The notes beneath the pieces were generated by a model that worked only from the letters and a program-made list of their open reading frames with translations, searched no databases and was not told where the DNA came from. Both the position numbers and the translations under genes were made by a program. Shown piece after piece: positions 5,315-9,602 of a stretch of DNA of 9,602 bases; position 1 is the first letter of the stretch; each line of letters begins with the position of its first letter. Source of the DNA: a virus (Duplodnaviria > Heunggongvirae > Uroviricota > Caudoviricetes); IMG/VR virus record IMGVR_UViG_2695420708_000010. One strand, 5' to 3'.

Positions 5315-6136
5315 TTACCTAGTTACCTTTTTTAACTGCCGCTCAGCCCATGCTTCTTCAATATCAAACCGGGTCACCAGCGCATCATAAAATTTCTTAA
5401 CTGTTTTTTCCCATGACGCGCGTGTTATCTGGTTTGTCACCTCGCATATAGCATTAAATGCCTCCGTTGATGGTAGTCTTTCATAGCCACGACCACCACA
5501 ACGCTGGCAGTCTCTGATAACAGGCATACCACGTTTTACCGACTCTTCACGATGAATGGCGACACCACGCCCACGGCAATCCTTACAGGCGGTGGAAACC
5601 TCACCCTTTCCGCCACACTCCGGACAGGCAACTTTTACCACCTCCCTGACTTTTTTCCATTCTTCCCAGTAAGACGGATACACACCTTTCGTACACTTTG
5701 CCCATACCGGCGGCTTACCATCCGGATACTGGATCTTGTTTGTAAAAACCTCGCTTTCAATAAATTTTTTTCCGTGACAGCAGGGGCACTGTTTTTTGCT
5801 CGCCGCGCTACGGGCATAATCTTCAAACGCATACGAAGCCATAATACGCATCACTGCCGGTTTTATTTCTGCCGGGAGTTTTCTTAACGCCGCCACGCGA
5901 TCACACCGACTGAGTGCATATTCTGTCAGCAATTCTGTTGCCCGCTCTCTGTCATTCATACTAATGCCCATTTTCCCAAGGAACGCAGAAACCCCCATCT
6001 CAGCCCGATTCTGTGTCATGCCCTGCGCGGCCATCACATCAGTGATACTCAGCGCATCTTTCGACGTTGAGGCCGATGCATCAGTCAGGCCGGGGGATTT
6101 TGGGGAGTAGTATTTCGGTAAATCTTCCAGTTTCAT
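5315..6136 (-). CDS. Antitermination protein Q-like, 273 aa, with DnaJ-type CxxCxGxG zinc-finger repeats
   Basis: ORF track; position between rusA and PR'/tR'/tRNAs is the canonical lambdoid Q position; ATG overlaps the rusA stop (ATGA); motifs CPCCHGKK, CPECGGKG, CKDCRGRG, CQRCGGRG. Family assignment rests on synteny and motifs, not a search. Confidence 0.75.
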   Translation of the reverse strand: MKLEDLPKYYSPKSPGLTDASASTSKDALSITDVMAAQGMTQNRAEMGVSAFLGKMGISMNDRERATELLTEYALSRCDRVAALRKLPAEIKPAVMRIMASYAFEDYARSAASKKQCPCCHGKKFIESEVFTNKIQYPDGKPPVWAKCTKGVYPSYWEEWKKVREVVKVACPECGGKGEVSTACKDCRGRGVAIHREESVKRGMPVIRDCQRCGGRGYERLPSTEAFNAICEVTNQITRASWEKTVKKFYDALVTRFDIEEAWAERQLKKVTR

Positions 6137-6513
6137 TTTTTGACCTGCCCTTCAAGCATTATGGGATAAATCTTCACCCCCAGACGTCCACCAGATACTG
6201 GCTGAGCACGAACGATATTGATTTCATCAAACTGCTCATCGTCCATTAGCAACCCCGCATGCGTCAGCGCATCCAGCGGCGCTTTCAGAATATTGTCCAG
6301 GTCACGGCGGCGCTTATCCGGTGGTTCTGCAATAATTTTTATTGCCAACCTTCCGGACAGGCTTAATTTCAGCCGCTGCTGGCGAACAATAAGCGCCACT
6401 GCCCGGCGATAACGCTCCCCGGCTTTTGATACAAAATATGTGCTGCCACGACGACGCCAGTAAGTGTTCACCGTCGGCGGGTAAGGTAAAACAAATTCTA
6501 TGCGCTCGGTCAT
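6133..6513 (-). CDS. rusA: Holliday-junction resolvase RusA, 126 aa
   Basis: ORF track; shows the RusA-family DxxRRRDLDN motif as I recall it; usual nin-region position just upstream of Q. Confidence 0.88.
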   Translation of the reverse strand: MTERIEFVLPYPPTVNTYWRRRGSTYFVSKAGERYRRAVALIVRQQRLKLSLSGRLAIKIIAEPPDKRRRDLDNILKAPLDALTHAGLLMDDEQFDEINIVRAQPVSGGRLGVKIYPIMLEGQVKK

Positions 6514-7572
6514 TTATGCTTTCCACTTCAGAACACCCGAATTTCTCGCGTGCATTAAAAAACGAATCAGCAACAACAGCTGACTGCCGTGTTTCTCTTC
6601 AAAATCTTTTACTCCGGCATGTAGTTCGTTACGGCATTTACGGCATAACGGAATAACAAACAAATCATCAGCCTTTGTTCCCATCCCTCCCAGTCCATGA
6701 CCAATGATGTGATGCGGATCATCTGCCTGATTGCCACACGTCATGCATTTCTGCGTTTTTACCCAGCGCGTGTATACAGGCATCTCTTCCCGTTGTGATT
6801 TCTGGCGCTGGAGATACTGAGCCGGTGACTCCGGATCAACGGCAATGCTGACCACCGTCTTTTCCTGTGGTGGGTTCTGTTGCTGGTGGACGTGAGGCAG
6901 TAACGCAATATTTTTTGTGCGCTGCTTCAGTATGCTGGTGGCTGTCTGCTCTCCCGGTATGATGTCGCTTTCACTGTACACAGAGCGAATTTTTTCCGCA
7001 CGCAACCCCAGCGAACGACGTAATACCGCTTCCGGTAGCGCGTCCGCCACCTGATTGCGGACCGCCCACCAGGATAATTCAGCCAGAGATAATTCACGCT
7101 CCTGCGTACCGCTTATTGCGTGACCGATGACGTCAATCATCCATGCTGACAGGTTTTGATGAGCAAGTTGCTCGAGTGATTCGGATGTCTGGTCACGCAG
7201 CTGGTTGTCGCAGTGCCAGCACAACACCATTGCGCCGGTACCATAACGGTGAATGACGGTTTCGCTGTGATGATAATCGCCGTGTGGCCACTGGCAGGAT
7301 TTAATATGGCGCAACAGCCAGTCAGACAATGCACCAGCACCACCAGCAGCACGAATCACCCGTGCGTTACTGAAAAACGGCAGCAATGTTTTGTCTTCCA
7401 CCAGCGGCTGGCGAGCGGCAGGAACGACCCCGGACGGCAGATTACGCATGCTTTTTGGTTCCGGCTCCACCAGTATTCTGCCGTTATGGAATGCTGACAT
7501 TGATTCACGGCCTGGCTTAACGATAACCAGACCGAGTTCCGGTACCAGAACAGGTCGAAGTAATACCCGCAC
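6514..7572 (-). CDS. DUF968-like prophage protein (YdfU-like), 352 aa, with a Cys/His-rich C-terminus (CMTCG...DPHH...CRKC)
   Basis: ORF track; GTG start at 7572 with GGAGG 5 nt upstream; family assigned from memory of Qin-prophage ydfU neighbourhood and motifs. Confidence 0.7.
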   Translation of the reverse strand: MRVLLRPVLVPELGLVIVKPGRESMSAFHNGRILVEPEPKSMRNLPSGVVPAARQPLVEDKTLLPFFSNARVIRAAGGAGALSDWLLRHIKSCQWPHGDYHHSETVIHRYGTGAMVLCWHCDNQLRDQTSESLEQLAHQNLSAWMIDVIGHAISGTQERELSLAELSWWAVRNQVADALPEAVLRRSLGLRAEKIRSVYSESDIIPGEQTATSILKQRTKNIALLPHVHQQQNPPQEKTVVSIAVDPESPAQYLQRQKSQREEMPVYTRWVKTQKCMTCGNQADDPHHIIGHGLGGMGTKADDLFVIPLCRKCRNELHAGVKDFEEKHGSQLLLLIRFLMHARNSGVLKWKA

Positions 7573-7573
7573 A

Positions 7574-7852
7574 TTACCTCCAGATCCGTTGCTGGAATGT
7601 GCGGGACGGACGCGTTGGCCGTTCGGAGTAAGGGAGCCTGACGGAGATTATCCAGTGACGGTAGTCGAGGCTAAGGGCTTTTTTAACCTCGCATCCGCGC
7701 CTGCGGTAACACTGAATGAGCCATTCGGCCTGTTCTTCAGTGCATGGGGGATGCTGGTACCAATCAGATTTAAATGCGTGAGAGCGCCGCCCGTGCCTGC
7801 TGGCAAAGACGGCTGAATTATCAGAATTGTGTAGTCTGGAATTTTGCGCCAT
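7574..7852 (-). CDS. Hypothetical 92-aa protein
   Basis: ORF track; ATG with GGAG SD about 8 nt upstream; stop one base before the DUF968 start codon. Confidence 0.5.
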   Translation of the reverse strand: MAQNSRLHNSDNSAVFASRHGRRSHAFKSDWYQHPPCTEEQAEWLIQCYRRRGCEVKKALSLDYRHWIISVRLPYSERPTRPSRTFQQRIWR

Positions 7853-7918
7853 CGGCTTTCTCCGGTGGCACAGTGTTACTCAACAGGGGTTCAGCCCTGC
7901 GCTGAATTGTAGATGAAT

Positions 7919-8179
7919 TCACTCATCTTCAAAAGCAGAAAAACCAGCCTTAATCCCAGCTTCTTTCAGAGACGGCAACGATGTGACAAATTCATTTGCA
8001 CGCGAAATAAAACCATCCGTCACAAGCCCATCCACAAAATGAATTAACGCAGCTCCACTCTTCCTTTGTTGAGACTGTAAACATTTAATACGGCAGTGGC
8101 TGACAATAGCGCCATTCTCAACGCGCACAGTATAGAGGCCATCTTCACTAAAAATTTCACGTAATTCTTCGATTTTCAT
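7919..8179 (-). CDS. Hypothetical ~86-aa protein (possibly Rem-like, by position only)
   Basis: ORF track 7919..8182 starts at TTG; the ATG is at 8179..8177 with GGAAGGA about 9 nt upstream. The Rem suggestion rests only on the ydfU-rem-hokD gene order of the Qin prophage. Confidence 0.5.
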   Translation of the reverse strand: MKIEELREIFSEDGLYTVRVENGAIVSHCRIKCLQSQQRKSGAALIHFVDGLVTDGFISRANEFVTSLPSLKEAGIKAGFSAFEDE

Positions 8180-8300
8180 CAACAGAATCCTTCCAGATAA
8201 ATAGCACTCCCCTGTTCGGGGTCCATCCCTCTTCTCCCTGCGCGCTACTTAAGTATTTTTGATTCTATTCCGGCACCATCTAAAACTTCAAACGCGTTGA

Positions 8301-8329
8301 AAATAAAAACAAAAACCCGCCGAAGCGGG
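8301..8329 (-). terminator. Rho-independent terminator downstream of hok (UUCG tetraloop hairpin plus U tract)
   Basis: Minus-strand RNA CCCGC-UUCG-GCGGG followed by UUUUUGUUUUUAUUU. Confidence 0.7.
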
Positions 8330-8399
8330 TTAAGTGTGGGTGCATTGAGGATGCCTGACCCATCAGAGGTGGCGAGGGATTTCTCCCCCGCCTGGTCTC

Positions 8400-8555
8400 T
8401 TACTCCTCAGGTTCGTAAGCTGTGAAGACAGCGACCTCCGTCTGGCCGGTTCGAATTCGTACCTCGCAGAGGTCTTTCCTCGTTACCAGTGCCGTCACTA
8501 TGACGGTTAAACAGATGACGATCAGGGCGATTAACATCGCCTTTTGCTGCTTCAT
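8400..8555 (-). CDS. hokD: Hok/Gef-family type I toxin, 51 aa (HokD/RelF-like)
   Basis: MKQQKAMLIALIVICLTVIVTALVTRKDLCEVRIRTGQTEVAVFTAYEPEE is a classic Hok sequence and matches HokD as I recall it; ATG at 8555..8553 with AGGAG 9 nt upstream. The track ORF 8400..8612 is an in-frame 19-codon upstream extension. Confidence 0.88.
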   Translation of the reverse strand: MKQQKAMLIALIVICLTVIVTALVTRKDLCEVRIRTGQTEVAVFTAYEPEE

Positions 8556-8766
8556 AGCCTGCTTCTCCTTGCCTTTCGGCACGTAAGAGGCTAACCTAGA
8601 TTTGCCGTTCATAGATTGAGCCTCAGATTAATGTTAAGCGTCTTGCCGGACGCGTAATGTTAACTGGGGCTTTTCTCTATCTGCCTTTTGGTGTTCATGC
8701 CTGAGACAGATAGCCTCAAGCACCCGCTGCAATTCTACTTAACTCTCCTTTTCCCGCAAACCGTTT

Positions 8767-8850
8767 TTATCCCCAGCGGCAAATCGAATACACCACCAGC
8801 GCCACCGCCATCGCAATTCCTACCGTTGTTAATGCTTCAGGCCAGGTCAT
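8767..8850 (-). CDS. Candidate 27-aa hydrophobic peptide ([27 protein letters not shown])
   Basis: Own translation; ATG at 8850..8848 overlaps the stop of the upstream 114-aa gene (ATGA); GGAGGA about 9 nt upstream; below the ORF-track size cutoff. Confidence 0.35.
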   Translation of the reverse strand: MTWPEALTTVGIAMAVALVVYSICRWG

Positions 8851-9191
8851 CGTAAAATATCCTCCACGCTTATCAGTCCGTTCCGCTCCAGATAACTCAT
8901 CGCCTTATCCGGTAATTTGCAGTCTGGCTTCGCTTTTCTCAGTTGCCAGGTTAACTGCTTTACCAGCATGGTTAACTCATCGACCAGACGCTGATATCCC
9001 ACTGGTTTGTATTCATGCAATTTACCGGCTGGCTCTGCTGCCAGCGATACCAGTGCGATTTCCAGAACAGCAATATCCATCTTATATGTGCGGATGATGT
9101 CATGGTCGATTGTGCCCGGTATGCACAGTCTCTGTGCTTCAATAGTCTCCTCTGCGTGAGCTATTAACTGCTCTCTGGTAAAAGTCGTCAT
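8847..9191 (-). CDS. Hypothetical 114-aa protein
   Basis: ORF track; start overlaps the stop of the upstream 55-aa ORF (ATGA); N-terminal half resembles that ORF. Confidence 0.55.
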   Translation of the reverse strand: MTTFTREQLIAHAEETIEAQRLCIPGTIDHDIIRTYKMDIAVLEIALVSLAAEPAGKLHEYKPVGYQRLVDELTMLVKQLTWQLRKAKPDCKLPDKAMSYLERNGLISVEDILR

Positions 9192-9355
9192 GCCGTAGCC
9201 CCTTCTTGATATTTTTCAAACCAGAACACAACCGGCTCTGCTTCCAGCGATGCCAGCGCAATCCGTGCCAGTTCCATTTGTTCACCACGGGTAAGCCCGT
9301 TTTCAAGCGGGTTTTTAATGAACAATTCAATACGTTCTTTGGTAATAGTGGTCAT
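9188..9355 (-). CDS. Hypothetical 55-aa protein, paralogous to the N-terminal half of the 114-aa ORF
   Basis: Own translation ([55 protein letters not shown]); AAGGAG SD 7 nt upstream; the track reports the overlapping out-of-frame ORF 9139..9330 instead. Confidence 0.5.
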   Translation of the reverse strand: MTTITKERIELFIKNPLENGLTRGEQMELARIALASLEAEPVVFWFEKYQEGATA

Positions 9356-9365
9356 GTGTTACTCC

Positions 9366-9596
9366 TTAACCCGCAGTGCTTTCAACTGATGAGGGGAACA
9401 AAATCTTTTCATCAAACCCTGCATTCATATCATGAACAGCAACACACCAATCCATCGACGAACGATTATCAAGAGCCTCCATGATTTCATCCATGCGGCG
9501 TAGGTCATACAGGTAAATGCTTTTATCGCCAATGGTGTAAAAGCCAATTTTTTTCGGTGATGGATGAGGTGTACTGGCAATAGCGGACACTACCAT
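9366..9596 (-). CDS. Hypothetical 76-aa protein; start codon and first 10 codons lie in the right terminal inverted repeat
   Basis: ORF track; ATG at 9596..9594; upstream region is outside the window. A plus-strand ATG at 9564 opens an outward frame (MRCTGNSGHYHLF) in the same region. Confidence 0.45.
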   Translation of the reverse strand: MVVSAIASTPHPSPKKIGFYTIGDKSIYLYDLRRMDEIMEALDNRSSMDWCVAVHDMNAGFDEKILFPSSVESTAG

Positions 9597-9602
9597 TTGT
9601 TC
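9565..9602. repeat. Right arm of terminal inverted repeat (reverse complement of 3..40)
   Basis: See left arm. Confidence 0.9.

Larger units (their letters stand above)
5209..5733. repeat. 525-bp direct repeat (copy 1) of 2870..3394
   Basis: See copy 2. Confidence 0.9.

Noticed and set aside
5552-7816. Track ORFs antisense to or nested in Q, rusA and DUF968 (5552..5887, 5635..5832, 6067..6249, 6218..6412, 6314..6526, 6426..6656, 7137..7352, 7213..7497, 7356..7574, 7391..7816), plus 3213..3404
   Set aside because: All overlap confidently called genes on the other strand or in another frame and lack start signals.
8400-8612. The 70-aa track ORF as a mok-like gene
   Set aside because: It is simply Hok with a 19-codon in-frame upstream extension; the internal ATG with AGGAG SD is the better start. 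Whether the extension is translated cannot be decided from sequence.
9139-9484. Track ORFs 9139..9330 (-) and 9206..9484 (+)
   Set aside because: The frame 9188..9355 has a strong AAGGAG SD, an ATGA junction with the next gene and paralogy to it; the track ORFs are alternative frames over the same DNA.
1-9602. CRISPR array, integrase/attachment site, lysis cassette
   Set aside because: No short regularly spaced repeats, no integrase-like ORF, and no holin/endolysin-like ORFs were seen; the tRNA genes are internal phage tRNAs, not an integration target.

Overview
This window looks like the late-regulatory (nin/Q) region of a lambdoid prophage in an E. coli-like genome, transcribed almost entirely on the minus strand (right to left). 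All calls are from reading the sequence by eye; no searches were run. Right to left: three small nin-type ORFs, a Hok-family type I toxin, two hypothetical ORFs, a DUF968-like protein, RusA resolvase, and a Q-like antiterminator followed by a PR'-like promoter, a tR'-like terminator and a phage tRNA cluster (Ile-CAU, a degenerate Arg-like tRNA, Arg-UCU). Downstream of that lie uncharacterised cargo and an AT-rich ~870 bp module with a plus-strand orphan ORF. A second, partial copy of the late module then follows: a 3' fragment of Q with its PR'/tR' (525 bp matching the intact copy), an inserted HTH-ORF plus beta-class DNA methyltransferase, an intact Ile-CAU/Arg-UCG/Arg-UCU tRNA cluster with terminator, and a second copy of the AT-rich module. 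The first and last 38 bp of the window are perfect inverted repeats. No stx, lysis, integrase or CRISPR sequences were seen. Nothing here can be called novel without database searches; the most unusual points are the tandem mosaic architecture, the degenerate tRNA, and unknown cargo at the position where Stx phages carry toxin genes.
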